A program made the position numbers and the translations under genes. From the NCBI RefSeq assembly GCF_009914755.1, contig NC_060929.1: DNA of 64,000 nt; one strand, 5' to 3'. This DNA is from the human T2T-CHM13v2.0 reference genome, Homo sapiens. Under the pieces are notes generated by a model, which worked only from the letters and a program-made list of their open reading frames with translations, was not told where the DNA came from and ran no database searches. Of this stretch, positions 41,631 to 57,010 are shown one piece after another. Positions within the stretch are counted from its first letter, which is position 1. Each line of letters opens with the position of its first letter.

Positions 41631-42079
41631 GACAGGAGAGAGAAGAGAAGGTAGCAAGCATTGATAATTCTCTGGGGAAGCAAACCAAACTTGTCCCTGG
41701 ACAGAGGGGGCTGGAAGAAGTCTATGCCATTCTGGCAACCCAGGGCCCTGGGGACACTCAGTTGCTCAAGGGTGGCCCCACCCCTCCCGAGGATGGGACC
41801 TCAGGCCAGGTATTCACCTTCCTGAGGCTCAGGAAGGCTCCTTGCCAAAAGGAACCTTTGGGAAAGCCTGGGTTGTAGGAATGAAATGAGGTAAGCTATT
41901 TGGAAATGCTTTGGCAAGCATCAAGTCCTTTACTCCCGTGAAGCGTGAAATCACACCATCCCCCGGCTGGATGAAACATGAAAGAATATAGCGTCGAACT
42001 GAATTTTGCCGATGAGCAACCGAGTCCAGATAAGGGTAGTGAACTTCCCTGTTCTCATACGCTGGTGAGGTAGACCATG

Positions 42080-42560
42080 GCCCTGATAGCCCAGGTTCTG
42101 GAGCTAACCTGCCTGCGTCAGAACCTGGTGGTGACTTGGGAGCTGTGTGCCTGTGGGTATGTCATTTACCCTCTCTGAGCCTCTGCTCTCTGTAAGACTA
42201 GGCTCTGAACTGCACCTACCTCAGGGTGCTGTACAGAGTATGAAACAAGATATTCCTAAAACCACTTGTTTCTTGATTGCCTGCTATGAACCAGGCATTG
42301 TAGTATTGGAAATTAAGCAGGGAACATATCAGAGAAAAAAAAAAGCCCTGCTTTTAGGAAGCAGTATATTCTAGAGGGAAGGAATGAACAATGGAAACAA
42401 CCTTTTTAAGGTAACAGCATCGGTGTTTTAGGGCTGATAAGTGCTGGGAGGGAAAGGCAAGCTGAGGGCGAGGGGACATTCATGTGATTCTGTGTGGGTA
42501 ACGTGGGGGGTTTGCAAGCTCGTGTTGGGATGCTGGGGAAGTCCTCCCCAAGAAGGTCTT
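42080..42560. mobile_element. MIR (+) followed by an L2 fragment (-)
   Basis: gctgtgtg.c.tggg.a.gtcattta.cctctctgagcctc; then gataagtgct. Confidence 0.5.
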
Positions 42561-42799
42561 TTGACTAAAGCCCCTGAGCACAGGGCTGGCCAGGAGGGAG
42601 CACTCAGCAAAAGGTACTCTCAGAGTAACTAAGAAACAGAACCACCTCTGTCCACCACGGAAGTACCTTTCAGTTCCCGCCAGGGTATCCTCCGCTACCC
42701 AGCCCACTGCCCATTGGCTAACTTCCTCCTGCCCTCCTGACTGCACAGTCTGGGCTACCAGTCCTTCCCAAGGAAAGTCAACTTCTGTCCCACATCAGA

Positions 42800-43105
42800 A
42801 TCATGTGCAGGTGTGTGTGTGTATGTGTGCACACACGCACACGAGCACATGTGCGTGGGCATGCGTGAGTGCGTGGCTGTGACACTTGCATTTATGGATA
42901 ATCCTGTATCCATGTGCTCAATGAAGGAGAGTATGGTGCATATGAGTGGAAGTATGAGGTCTAAATTCAAGGGTATGAATATAATTGTTGAACATATTAA
43001 TTTGTGTCTATAAAGAGGAGTGTGCCTGTGAGGGGGTGGGGTTTGCCTGCATGCGTGTGCATGTGCACAGGAGGCTGTGTGTGCTGGTGCATGCGTGTGC
43101 CAGGC
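42800..43105. repeat. Degenerate TG/CA-rich tract
   Basis: Directly visible. Confidence 0.75.
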
Positions 43106-43419
43106 ATCTTGGAGAGAGGTGTGAGCAGCCTGGCTGGGAGGGGCTTCTCTGCGGGCGGATTTCAGATAACAGGAGGATTCTGGGCTCAGCCAGGAATTCT
43201 GGGTTTCGCCATGCTAGGCCCAGCTGGGGGAGGCTTGGACTAGGAAGGGGTTGCGGGTAGAGCCTTCAGAGGACATTGTGGGGCCAAAGTGAGGCTGGCA
43301 TCTAGGTGGTCCACATTTCCATGGAGAAATACCCTAGTACAGCAGGCTGTGGCACCAAAGAGTGTGTCCACAGGGACAAAGAAAATTTACTATGTTTGCA
43401 ATTAATAATAGCACCTACG

Positions 43420-43764
<345 letters not shown>

Positions 43765-44224
43765 CTAGTATCTTCTCTCTTTTAATGCTCACAAGTTTAT
43801 AGAAAGAAGCCATTATAATCCTTCTTGTTTTCAGATAAGGAAACTGAGTCAAAGAGAAGGTAAATGATTTGTCTAGCATCACACACCATAGGTAACAGGG
43901 CTGGGACTGTTGCCCAAGCATCCTGATTCTAGATCTTGCACCTCAGCCATGGCTCCGGACTGCCTCTGTGCTCTGGGGGCATGGATAATGAGCCATATAG
44001 ATGCCACAGGGACTGAGTGGCCCCAGGATGGTTGGTTTCCCAAGTCAAGGAAGTTAGGAAGGTGATGCCTGTTTGAGATGATTTAAAGGTCCTGTGGCAG
44101 ACTGTCTCAACTCTCAAATTTCTCTCTGATAATTAGTTATCTCTTGGTTTTTAAGTTGAACATCTTACACATTCTATCACCAGGTAGAAACATTCCCCCT
44201 CCCTCAGTTCCCACTCAAAAATTC

Positions 44225-45129
44225 CTAGGGAAAGTACAACCTATTTCTAATTACAGAATACTTCTTACACCAGACATGTAAGTTTTATCCACACCAACAA
44301 CCCATTTCCAATATTCTCATACCAACTGGATGTCCTACAATTTAACTCAATTCTGACAGTATCTACCTGGAGTTAGCATCAGATGCCACAAGTTAAGGGC
44401 TCAGTGCCACAAGACTGACCCCACTTCTGATGCCATTCACAAGTCCTGGGCCTCCTATAATTCTGACCAACTGGCTATACATCAGAGGTTCCATCCCCAG
44501 GTTTGATGATTTGCTACAATAGCGCACAGAACTCAGGAAGGCACTTTGCTTATTATTACCGGGTTACTATAAAGGGTACAACTCAGGAACAGCTGGAAGG
44601 AAGGCATATGTAGGACAAGGTAGGAGGGAAGGGGCACAGAGCTTTATGCCCTCTCCAGGTGCACCCCTTCCACCCAGTGTCCCCATGTGTTCACTGACCT
44701 GGAAGCTCTCTGAGCCCCATCATCCAGGGATTTTATGGAGGTTTCATTAGGTAGGCATGCTTGATTAAATTATTGACCAATGGTGATTAGCTCAGTCTCC
44801 AGCCTCTCTCCCCTTCCCCGAGGTTGGAAGGTGGGGCTGAAAGTTCCAACCCTCCAGTCCTGCCTTGGTCTTTCTGGTGACCAGCCCCATCCTGAGGCTC
44901 CTTAGAGATCCCAGCTCATTAGCATACAAAAAGATACTCTTACTGCTTTGGAGATTCCAAAGGTCTTAGAAGCTCATGTGTCAGGAACCAGGGACTAAGA
45001 CTAAATATTATAACAAAAGATGCTCCTGTCACCCCTATCACTTGGAAAATTACAAGGGTTTTGGGAGCTCTGTGCCAGAAACTGAGGAGGAAGAACAAAT
45101 GTGTGCATTTCTTATATGCCAGTATCACA
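44225..45129 (-). mobile_element. MER21-family LTR (MER21B/C-like)
   Basis: caattctgaca.tatctacctggagttagcatcagat.ccaca.gttaagggctcagt.ccacaagactg.ccccactt...ggggctgaaagttccaaccctc...tatcaca. Confidence 0.8.
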
Positions 45130-45756
45130 GGAAGTCTCTGATTGGTCTGAATTGGACCAATCAAAACTGTCCTCGAGGTAGGAAATACCATGATTGGCTC
45201 AGTTTGTATTGGACCAATCAATAGTGATGAGGGAGCAGGATCATATGAGACATGGTGTCTTCAGCCAGAGGTAGTGTTTGGAGTGGGGGCAGAGTAAGTT
45301 CCAGGAAAAGGAAGTGATGCTGGGAAGACAGGGTCATGGTTATCAACTGCACCCAATCTTTGGGCCCAAATGTTGGAATTTTCTTCAGAGGTTTATTTGA
45401 TCAGACCCACAAGGTGTTTCAGTTTCTAGAGACACTTATTAAAACTCAAAGAAGGCTGAGAAGATCCACACTGAAGTGGAAATTAGATGCCAAGGAGCAA
45501 TCAGGCAGGAGAAAGAAATAATAGGAATCCAAATGGGAAAAGGGGAAGTCAGTCTATCTCTCTTTGCAGGCCATATGATTCTATAACTAGAAAACCCTAA
45601 AGACTCCAGCAAAAGGCTCCTGGAACTGTTAAATGAGTTCAGTAAAGTTTCAGAATATAAAATCTATGCACAAAAATCAGTAGCATTTCTATACACCAAT
45701 AATGATCAAGCTCAGAGCCAAATCAAGAATGCAATAGCATTTATTTCACTTACAGT

Positions 45757-45787
<31 letters not shown>

Positions 45788-45803
45788 GACACACACACAC
45801 ACA
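45757..45803. repeat. (CA)n within the L1
   Basis: Directly visible. Confidence 0.9.
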
Positions 45804-46420
45804 CTACCTGAGAATACAGCTAACCAAGGAGGTAAAATATCTCTACAAGGAGAACTACAAAACTGCTGAAAGAAATCACAGATAACACAGACAAATGGAA
45901 AAATATTCCATGTTCATAGATGGGAAGAATCAATGTCATTGAAATGGCCATTCTGCCCAAAGCAATCTACAGATTCAATGTTATTCCTATCAAACTACCA
46001 ACATATTATTCACAGAATTAGAAAAAATCTATTCTAAAATTCATGTGAAACCAAAAAAGAGCTCAAATAGCCAAAGCCAAAACAATCCTAAGTGAAAAGA
46101 ACAAAGCCAGGGACATCACATTATTTGACCTCAAACTATACTATAAAGCTACAGAAACTAAAACAGCATGGTACTGGTACAAAAACAGGCACATAGACCA
46201 GAAATAAAGCCTCACACCTACAGTCATCTGATCTTTGACAAAGCTGACAAAAATAAGCAATGGGGAAAGGACTTCCTATTCAATAAGTGATGCTGGGATA
46301 GCTGGCTAGCCATATGCAGGAGAATTAAACTGGATCCCTACCTTTCACCATATACAACAATTAACTCAGAGTAGATTAAAAATTTAAATGTTAGACCTCA
46401 AACTATAAGAACCCTAGAAA

Positions 46421-46723
46421 CACTGGGCATAGTGGCTCACATCTGTAATCCTAGTACTTTGGAAGGCCAAGGCAGGAGGATCACTTGAGTTCAGGAGTTT
46501 GAGACCAACCTGGGCAACACAGGGAGACCCTGCCTCTATAAAAAAACCAAAAACTTAGCCAAGTGTGATGGTGCATGCCTGTGGTCCCAGCTACTCAGGA
46601 GGCTGAAGTGGAAGGATCATGAGCCTGGGAGGTAGATGTTGAAGTGAGCTGAGATTGCACCACTTCACTCCAGCCTGGAAGACAGAGTGAGACCGTCTCA
46701 AAAAAAAAAAAAAAAAAAAAAAA
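46421..46723 (+). mobile_element. AluJ nested in the L1
   Basis: J diagnostics (ggaggatcacttgag, cctgggcaaca). TSD agaa(c/t)cctagaaa. Confidence 0.9.
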
Positions 46724-47959
46724 AGAATCCTAGAAAAAAACCTGGAAAACACCATTCTGGACATCAGCCTTGGGAAATAATTTATGATAATAAATTAATA
46801 ATTTATTGCAACAAAAACAACAATTGACAAATGGAACCTAATTAACCTAAGGAGCTTCTGCACAGTAAAAGAAAGTATCAACAAAGTGAAGAGACAGCCT
46901 ATAGAATGGGGGAAATACTTGCAAACTAGCCATTTGACAATGGGCTTAAACCATTCAACAAGCAAAAACCAAATATCAAAAAGTGGGCAAAAGACATGGA
47001 CAGACATTTCCCATAAGAAGACATACAAGTGGCCGAAAAAAAAAAAAACTATGAAAAAATGCCGCACATCATTAATCATAAAAAAAAATGCAAATCAAAA
47101 CTACAGCGAGTCACCATTTCACACCAGTCTGAAGGGCTATTACTAAAATGTCAAAAAACCACAGATACTGATGAGGCTGTGGTGCAAATGGAATGCTTGT
47201 ACGCTGCTGGTAGGAACATAAGTTGGTTCAGCCACTGTAGAAAGCAGTTTGGAGATTTCTCAAAGAGCTTGAGACAGAATTACCATTTGACCCAGCAACT
47301 CCATTAGTGGGTAAATAGCCAAAGGAAAACAAATAGACCTACCAAAAAGGCACATGCACTCCCCTGTTCATCCCAGCGCTATTCACAATAGCAAAGACAA
47401 GAAATCAATCTAAGTGGCCATAAACAGTGGACTGGATAAAGAAAATATGTTACATCTATACCATGGAATACTATGCAGCCATAGAAAAGAACAAAATTAT
47501 GTTCTCTGCAGCAACGTGGATGAAGCTGGAGGCCATTATTGTAGGCAAAATAACACAGGAGCAGAAAAACAAATACCACATGTTCTCACTTATAAGTGGG
47601 AGCTAAACATTGACTACTCATGGTCATAAAGATGGGAACACTATGCACTGGGGACTACTACAGTGGGGAGGGACGGAGAGGAGCAAGGGCTGAAAAACTA
47701 ACTGTTGGGTATACTATGCTTAGTACCTGGGTGACAGGATCATTTGTACCCCCAACCTCAGCTTCACACAATATTCCCAGGTAACAAACTTGCACATGTA
47801 CAACCTGAATCTAAAATAAAAGTCGAAAGAAAAAAAGAAAGACATTCGCTGCCAAGGATCTGACAGCAGAATCCTGTGGTAGTGGGATGAGACCCGGCGC
47901 CTGTGAGATGGCTTTGCAATTTGGCCCTGGGACCTGTCAATGCATCCATGAAACGGCTT

Positions 47960-50740
47960 GGGAGAAAACAGGCTTTGGAGCCAAGCAGAGCTAGATCAGA
48001 TCTCCACATAGCTCTTCTAGGAGCTAGCTGTGTGGCCTTGGGCAAGTCACCTCACCTCTCCGAGCCCCTGTAAAACCAAGAGCTGAAAGCAGCAGGGCTG
48101 TTCCTAGGCCTTCCAATGAGGTCAGTTACCTTATCCACAGCTTCGAGTTGCTCATTAAACAGCTGCAGCTGGGTGTTTTCTTCACGTTAACCTGGTTGGT
48201 CCTTATCCTCTGGTGACCACTTCATGAATCCTGTGAGCTATCCCTAAGCAGAAAATGAGACCACATGTTCCTCTGGGGAAGCAACCATTCTGCTCTCCTG
48301 ATCTCCCCTTTATCTTAGAGGCAGCAGGGTGAAGTCAAACAGGAATAAGCTTTGAAGTCAGGTGGAACTGGACTTGAATCCCACTTCCATTGCCAACTAG
48401 ACATGTGACCATGGGGAAGTCACTTCTCTTCTCTCATCCGATCTGTAAAAGACAGATAGTTCTTCCCTTCAAAGCTGAGCATGAGAATTAAATGCAGTAA
48501 CATGTGCAACTGCCTAACATACAGTGTCTGCTCAATCACTGATTTTGGAAAACCATACTGAGCACCTACTATTCATTCATTTACTCGGCAGGTATTTATG
48601 GAGCCCCTCCCATGTGCCAGGAATTCTCCTAGGTGAATTCCACATATAAAACAGACAGGCTGTCTCTCAGCCTGCAGCTCCCATTCTCGCATAGGGGATA
48701 GACGTAGACAACCAACTAATGGGTAAATAAACACCTGGTGTCAAGTAGGGACATGTTCTTTGAGGAAAAACAAAGGGTGTGGGGATAGTGAGTGAAAAGG
48801 TGGGTGTGTGGAGCAGAGGACGTGATGTGAGTTCAAATACTACATGTCGGTGTAGGAATTGCCAGGGATACAGACAGAGATGGAGCTCCTTCTTCTAGGA
48901 ACTGGCATGCCAGGCAGAAAACAGTGTGGTTAGAACTGAAACGGAAGAGTGCAGCTCCAATCAGCGTGCGGGGTCTCTCCACAGGCCCATGGGCTTAGTG
49001 TATCCTGGCTCTGTCCGGAGCCCCTGTCCTCGCCTGGGAGGGAGCTAATGCTTATCACAATCCACGTGGGATCCAGAAATCCACTTAGCAGCATCCTTGT
49101 CCTCTGAATGCTCTAGGCACTTCCTTGGATGCTTGTGGATGAAGACAGTAACCTCCCCAGCCCACTCCCCATCCACCTGCCACTCCTACTCCGGGGTGCC
49201 CTGGGCGGAGGTGAGACCTCACGTTCAGGCAGTTCAGAGTCAGATCTCACTTGAATCCCCACTGGGCGCCTACTGGCTCTGTGACCTTGGGCAGGGCCCT
49301 CCAAGTGGCCGAGCCTCACATTCTTCACCTGTGAAACCGGGATAGGAATGGCACACATAGAGCACTTCAAAAACCCTTCTCCCAGGTCCAACCCTTGAGA
49401 GTTTCTACTCCCCTACCCTCCTCCTCTCCCTCCAATCGTGAGTTCCCAACCATGTAGCCTGGCCAGCAGGTCTGTGTTCCTCCTTAGCATTCCAGGAGCT
49501 GTTGAGGGCAGGAGTGGGCGTGGCATTCTCAGGCAAAAAACAAAACGTGGTCTTGGCTTTGTTATTCAGTTGTGTGACCTCGGACACTTCATGCCATCTC
49601 TGACCCTAACTTCCCCATCTGTCAGCCACATGGTATAATAACCCCTGCCTCCCGGGCAGGTGGTGAGGGTTATTGGAATGAATGCAGAGAAATTACTGGA
49701 AACATCTCAGATGTCTGATAAGTGGCAAGTGTTATCTTTCATTTTAGTCTTCCCTACTTGATCTCCAAATGAATCACATTTATTCAGCACTCACTGTGGA
49801 GCAGGCTTTACTTATATGATCCCATTTAACCTGCACAACAGTCCTGGCTGTTGGCATTTTCATGATCTGTTCTATATCTGAGCTAACTGGGCACACAGAG
49901 GTAAGGTAATTTGCTCCAAGCCCCCTAATTAGGAAGTGATGGGTTCAACATTCAGACCCCAGCATCTGTCTCCAGAGCCTATGATCTATCCACCGCAGTG
50001 CTCTCTGCCTCCCCTCTATCAAACCATCCTGATCATTGTTTTTCTGGGCATAATGACTGTTTGACCCCCAGAGCCTCTGCCATGAAAAGAAGAGGCATTG
50101 AAGGCCCAGAGGAGGAGCCTGGTCCTGCTCTGTGTCAATGCACTGCCAGAATTCTCTGCAGAGCTTTTGTCCTGACTGCTATGTCTGGCGCAGGGTGAGA
50201 TTCTGAGTGAGGCCATCCCTGTCCTCAAGGAGCTCAGAGTCTAGTGGCAGAACAGCATAGGGTGGCTGAGCAGAGCCACGCAGGCTGTCAAGTCCAGCAG
50301 CCTGGATTGGAAACTCAGCTGTAGCACTTACCAGCTGTGGACATTTGGGTAAGTCTCTGAGCCTCAGTTTCCTCATCTGTCAAGTAGGGATGATAACACC
50401 AGTCCCTCCCGAGAGGGCTGTTAGAGTTAGGGCATACGCTCTGCCCCCAGGGAGTGACTGACAATAGTGTTTTAGAGCAGGAGAGGCCAGCATGCTCTTC
50501 CTTGCACACAGGTCAGGATGGGACACCTGCTATGACCAGACAGCTACCAACAGGCCAAGAGGTTTATTAAGCACCTATTAAGTGCCTCAGGGTTAGCAAT
50601 TATAACCTCATCCGATCTTTGCAGTAACTGCGGGGTGGCAATTACTACCTACAAGTTGCAGATGAAAAGCTGCAGCTTAGGGAGGCGATCAACCAAGGTC
50701 ACATGGTCACATGGTGGGGTACGCGGGAGCCCAGACTCAG
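47960..50740. mobile_element. Cluster of MIR fragments (about 47960-48080 +, 48320-48530 +, 49230-49345 +, 49540-49720 +, 49775-49990 -, 50270-50430 +, 50560-50740 -) and L2 (about 48560-48830 -)
   Basis: Multiple MIR cores, e.g. ctgagcctcagtttcctcatctgt and gctgtgtggccttgggcaagtcac. Confidence 0.6.
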
Positions 50741-51516
50741 TTTACTGCACCCCGTAGGCTCCTGAGCAGAGGAAGGGTCTCAAGGAAGAGCCTCTGCTGC
50801 TTGGTGGGGCCTTCCTGGCACTGCCGGTCAAGCCTCTTCTTTTCCCTCACTGGCTTCTTATCCTTTGCTTCCCAGGGGCGGTGCCCCAGGCATCCAGCGC
50901 AGGCCTCTCTGCTCTTCTCCTCGGAGAGCTCATCTGCCTCAGAGCTTCCGGGACCCTCCGCCCCCGCCACCGGCCTGCTTTATTTCAGGTGCCACGTTCC
51001 TCAGTGCACCCGGCCTATTCTTGCTCAGGTGCCCAGCAACTAAGTACAATCAAGCAGGGTCCCCATTAAGAATTGATCATTGTTTGTCAGAACCTTCTCA
51101 TCTCTCCTGTCACCTGCTCCTGCTCATATTCCCCAGGGCCCAGCCTAGCTGCTGAGCTGACTGACTCTGCTTCCATCTCCTGCCCTCCCACACATCTGCA
51201 GTCAAGTCCAGCTGGTCCTAGCTACCACTGCACTAACATTCAGACCTTCAGCTCCCCACAGGCCCGTCACCTCACCCAGTCCAGCTGGGACCTGCCCCGG
51301 CCCACTCCATGCCTCAACCTGGTCTTACTTAAAGCTGTCTCCCACCCTGGCCGGCATTCCAGCATCTCCAGTATCTGATCATGAGATGATTCCTTACCAA
51401 ATGCTGTTTCCGCTTGTGACTTTCCTTCTTTAAACACTGTGTTTCTTCCTGGCACTTACAGAAAACCTAACTTATCTTTCTCCTACTTCTTCAAAAAGTA
51501 GCTAATGAAAATCTGT

Positions 51517-51640
51517 TGTATTAATCAGGGCTCTCCAGAGAAATAGAGCTGATAGGGGGTGCATGTATTCGAAAGAGATTTGCCTTAAGGAATCGGCTCA
51601 CGCAATTATGGGGCCTGGCAACTCCAGAATCTGCAGTGCA
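51517..51640. mobile_element. MLT2 LTR fragment
   Basis: tgtattaatcaggg.tctccagagaaa.aga...aaggaat.ggctcacgcaattatgg. Confidence 0.7.
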
Positions 51641-51802
51641 GATTGGCAACGTCTGGGGACATTTTTGGCTGTCACAATTCAGGGACTGCTAATGGCCTTT
51701 AGTGCGCAGGGACTGAGGATGCTGTAAACATTCTACAATGCACAGGACAGCCGCCCACAACAAAGAATGACCTGGCCCAAAATGTCCGCAGAGGTTGAGC
51801 AG
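51641..51802. mobile_element. MER20
   Basis: ttggcaacgtctggggacatttttggctgtcacaa...ggatgctgtaaacattctacaatgcacaggacagcc.cccacaacaaagaat. Confidence 0.85.
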
Positions 51803-51961
51803 AGCTGTTGCAGCAGATTCCCTGTTCCCAGGACCACACCTGCTGCTTGGACCCCTTCCCATGGCACAGTCCTGGCTTGGATTCTCAGCTCTGAAGTGGA
51901 CAAGCTCTCCAACCCAAGGCAAAGTATATCACGTAGCCACACCTCCACCTTCAGCATCCAG

Positions 51962-52566
<605 letters not shown>

Positions 52567-52675
52567 GGTGAGGAGAGACCAGGCCCATCATGAGATGGGT
52601 GTGGGATAGATGTGGAATTACCTTCCTGTTGCCAGGCACATAGGGAATGCCCTTTGCATCTTCTGGGAATCTGAA

Positions 52676-52989
<314 letters not shown>

Positions 52990-53959
52990 TGAAGCCCTCT
53001 CCGATCTGGGTTCCAGGGACTTTCATCTCACTGATAACCAGGTCCCGTCTGTCTTTTCATCTCCTTAGCTCCTCGTCCCAGCATCTGCACCAGAGCCTGA
53101 GAGGTCACAGTTGCTTATAGCATTTATGTGTAAAGGGAACAGTAGTTACTGTACTCTCTAACCCAACACGGGGAAGTGTAGCTAACGTTTCTTTCAGGCC
53201 TGAATTTGGGGTAGTCCTGTGCCTTTTTTCTGCATTCTTCGTTAATCAAGGAGGTAGGAAATTTGACCACCTTTCCTTATCAGCTCCCCACAGCTCCCTG
53301 GCATAATTTTCTGCTCATGGCTCTCACTTTGCAAACATGTTCGTTGTCATAGAAAATTCAGAGGTGAGTTGGAAGTTGGTGCTGCCTGGTTACCATGGCA
53401 ATGCCAGCTGCTTCTGCCTCCACAGTGAGGCAAGAGTGGCCATGGAGCTGACCAGATGGAGTCGGAGCCTCTGAGAACAAAATATCTGGGGCCCATCCCA
53501 GTCTCCTCTAATGCCAACCTTCTCCTGGCCCTCAAGACTACCCTGTTTTCCCAGGGGTGCCATCCTGCAGCCAACCTGCTGGTACAATGGATGGAGCCCC
53601 CTCCGTGGAGGTGGAGGCCTGCGCTGCCCTTGCCAGCCACTCCTGAGGCAGTGGTGACCTGCTAGGTGACACTCAAAGTCACTAGTGAGTTGCTTCCTGT
53701 ACCCGCCTTCAAGATGCTGGCCGAGAGCCCCGCCCGGTGGGCCTGTGTTTCCTTAGTGACTGTCAGCAGAAATTTCCCATTGTGGAAAGAGCTATCTTGG
53801 AGCTAACGTAACAACGTCTTTTCTTATTTGTGGATGATGAAAGAAAATGACTCCCAGGGACCATGTTCCTGAAAAAGAGGAAAAGGTCAACAGCTTCAGC
53901 GTCTTCAGGGCCTTTGCCACTCCAGGCTGCATGCAGGTGGCGCATGGCGAGGTTGCTAA

Positions 53960-54150
53960 ATGGCTGGTGTAGCACTTCAGGGGACACTTGGATCAGCTCG
54001 TTTGATCTTTACCAGCATCCTGTGAAATAGATAGGACCACTATGCCCACTTCATAAATGAGGAAGCTGAGGCTTGGCGAGGGCCAAGAAGGTGGTGCCAA
54101 GGCGGCACTGCTGGCAGGCGCCGGAGCCGGGCTTGGGAGGGAAGAAGCAT
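53960..54150 (-). mobile_element. MIR
   Basis: cccacttcataaatgaggaagctgaggc. Confidence 0.6.
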
Positions 54151-55469
54151 CACGGCAGGGCCTGAGGTCTTACACGGCTCCACAGCTCTGCTGTGAACAA
54201 GTGTGAGGGTGGAGTTCTTCCCCAATTTACATAAACTGAGGCTCTGGTGGCAAAGCCAGGATGTGACACCTGTTCTGTCGTGTCCCAGACTTTGCTCAGC
54301 TGTATCAGACACAGGGCTGTCCTGTTATGCGTGGGCATTTTGCAAGCAGGAAACCCCCTCCTGAGTTCCCAAGCACGGCCAAAACATGATACAAGGGGTC
54401 CCACAGGGTGGGGAGACCCAGATTCCAGCCAGAGCTTGGAGTGGAGGTCGTGACATGAGCGCGGAAGAGGCAGCTGCATCCACACACCCGGGCAGGCCCC
54501 GAGGTGAATCAGAAGAGAAGCAGGTGACGCTGAGAGGGGCTGAGAATGCTTACCCTGCTGTGGTGGCAGCTTTTTCTGTGCCATGAGGGCCCCAGCAGTT
54601 GCTCAAGGACTTTTGTCATAGCTCCTCGGCCCACACAGCTGCATCCAAGCCCCTGCCCACCGCAATCCCTTCCAAATAAGGACCCGAGGCCCAGCTGAAA
54701 AAGCATGGCTCTCTTCCCAAAGAACCACCTGGATGTTCTGGGGAGGCAGGTGTGTGGGGGAGAAGTTTTCCGAGGATTGTCAGAGGGAGGTGATCTGAGA
54801 CATAGCCTGGCATGGGGGCCTAGAGGCGGTTCACTTCCCTAGGGATTTATACCCCAAAGAAACGCAAAGGTGCGCAAAGAAAGAAAGGTAAAGTCAAGAG
54901 CCCAAATTTGTACCCCTGATGTTCCCAGGTTACTCAGGTTTCTGATGTCACTCTGTGCTTTAATATCCAAAATGATGCCTCACGTTCCTGTCTCACTCAC
55001 ATATTTTTTTTGGTGGTGGGGGCGCGCACCTGGTTGGGCCACAGCCAAGCCTGTTTCTTCCTGTTCCTCATGGTCTCTCTCAGCTCCAGAATGGAACCGC
55101 CTCTTCCTTTATTTCCCCCGGGAAGAAAACAGGCTTTTAGTTTCCCCCACACCTTAGTCGGAAGCCCATGTCACCATTCTCAGGTGCATGAGCTTTGAGA
55201 AATTTGCTTCACTTCTGGGAGCCTCCATTTTCTCCTCTACGAAACAGCAAATTACACCTGTTTCTCCTGGCTGTTGGGGGATTACATGAGAGATGGAGGT
55301 AAAAGTCCCAGCTTAGCACCTGGTCCACGACCAGTATTCAGCCTGGTTCTCTCTCATCTCCCCTTCACCCTCTCCAGAGTCAGCACGTGTGTGGTCTGGA
55401 GACAGCTGAGCTGGTGGTCTCTCCCCAGGGCCCTCCTGCCGGCCTGGATGCTGACTGCCCCTCTTTGCC

Positions 55470-55680
55470 TCAGAGCCGTGAGCCATGAGCCGTGCCGGAT
55501 TGCCCCAGCCAGCCTGCGCTTCTCATTACAGAGCCGGCCTGTAATTAGACTGTCGCTTGGCTTTGGAGAATGTGCCTGTCAGCACCCCTGGCTCTTCTGC
55601 CTCTGCAGAGGCCCCTTTATTTGCTGGCGAGACCTCATCTCCGTGCACAGAGCCATCCTTGGAAATGAGGTGATGTCTGT
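55470..55680. promoter_or_regulatory. Candidate conserved non-coding enhancer
   Basis: Unique sequence that retains CpGs, with TAATTA, CATTAC, TGTCAG and TTTATT motifs. Conservation not tested. Confidence 0.35.
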
Positions 55681-55949
55681 TCTTCCTGTGACCCTCTTTC
55701 ACTTGGGGTCAGCTGAGACAAGACCTGCAGGACATGGATGGATGGAGAGGCGGGTGACAGAACACAGACTTAGTCCCGGCAGGGAGGGCAAGGAAGGGAT
55801 CCAGAAAGAGAACTCTGCAGCGTCTTCTGCTAGGCTGCCAGGCCACTGCACTGCAGATTCTGAAACAAGTTAGGTCTTCTTGGGGTTTCCTGACATAACT
55901 GTCCTCACCCTGACATCTCAGCCTGAGAGGGAGGAGTGAAGGATACAAG

Positions 55950-56534
<585 letters not shown>

Positions 56535-56579
56535 CAGCTGTTATCTTCTTTAGCCGGGTTCCATCCTGTTTCCTTTCCA

Positions 56580-57010
56580 GCATTTGGCTGTGCTTTTGCC
56601 CATGCAGGTCCCTCTACCCAGAATATCAATATCGTGAATGATTTGTTTAGCAAACTCCTATTGATTCTCCAAGACCCAGCTCAAATGTCCCTTCCTCTGT
56701 GAAGCCTTCCCTGACTACCCTAGCAGCTGGTTACTTTGTCATCTGTACTCCAACATAATTTGCTTTTGCTTTTGATGCAATCCAGTCATTGCATGGTAAC
56801 TATTGTAACTGTTCCCACTGCCCTCCGCCCTGCCCCCACACCCTGCACCGGCAATCCTTGATGTACCCTGAGCCCTTGGCTAGGCTGTGAGATCATGAAA
56901 GATAAGGCCTCTACTTGTTCTTCCTGGTAATTCACAGCGTGGATGTTTTGTGATTCTTGAGTTGAATGAATATATGACTGCTGGAAACAAATAAATGGAC
57001 AAATGGATGA
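56580..57010 (+). mobile_element. L2 3' fragment
   Basis: aagacccagctcaaatgtcc.ttcctctgtgaagccttccctgact. Confidence 0.65.

Larger units (their letters stand above)
45497..47840 (+). mobile_element. 5'-truncated L1 (L1PA15-16-like): ORF2 RT/C-terminal remnant plus 3'UTR
   Basis: The RT motif LSLFADDMI has decayed to LSLFAGHMI (about 45553-45580), with many stops and frameshifts. The 3' end reads ...aaacttgcacatgtac..cctgaatctaaaataaaag plus an A tail. Probable TSD remnant tgccaagga at about 45488 and 47850. Confidence 0.9.

Noticed and set aside
45497-47840. Reverse transcriptase-like coding as a possible active or novel RT system
   Set aside because: It is an ordinary dead L1: 5'-truncated, with the catalytic DD lost, frameshifts and a nested Alu.
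55274-55873. Longest ORF (199 aa)
   Set aside because: Non-ATG start and no domain. Its length is plausible by chance in GC-rich DNA, and it overlaps an enhancer-like block.
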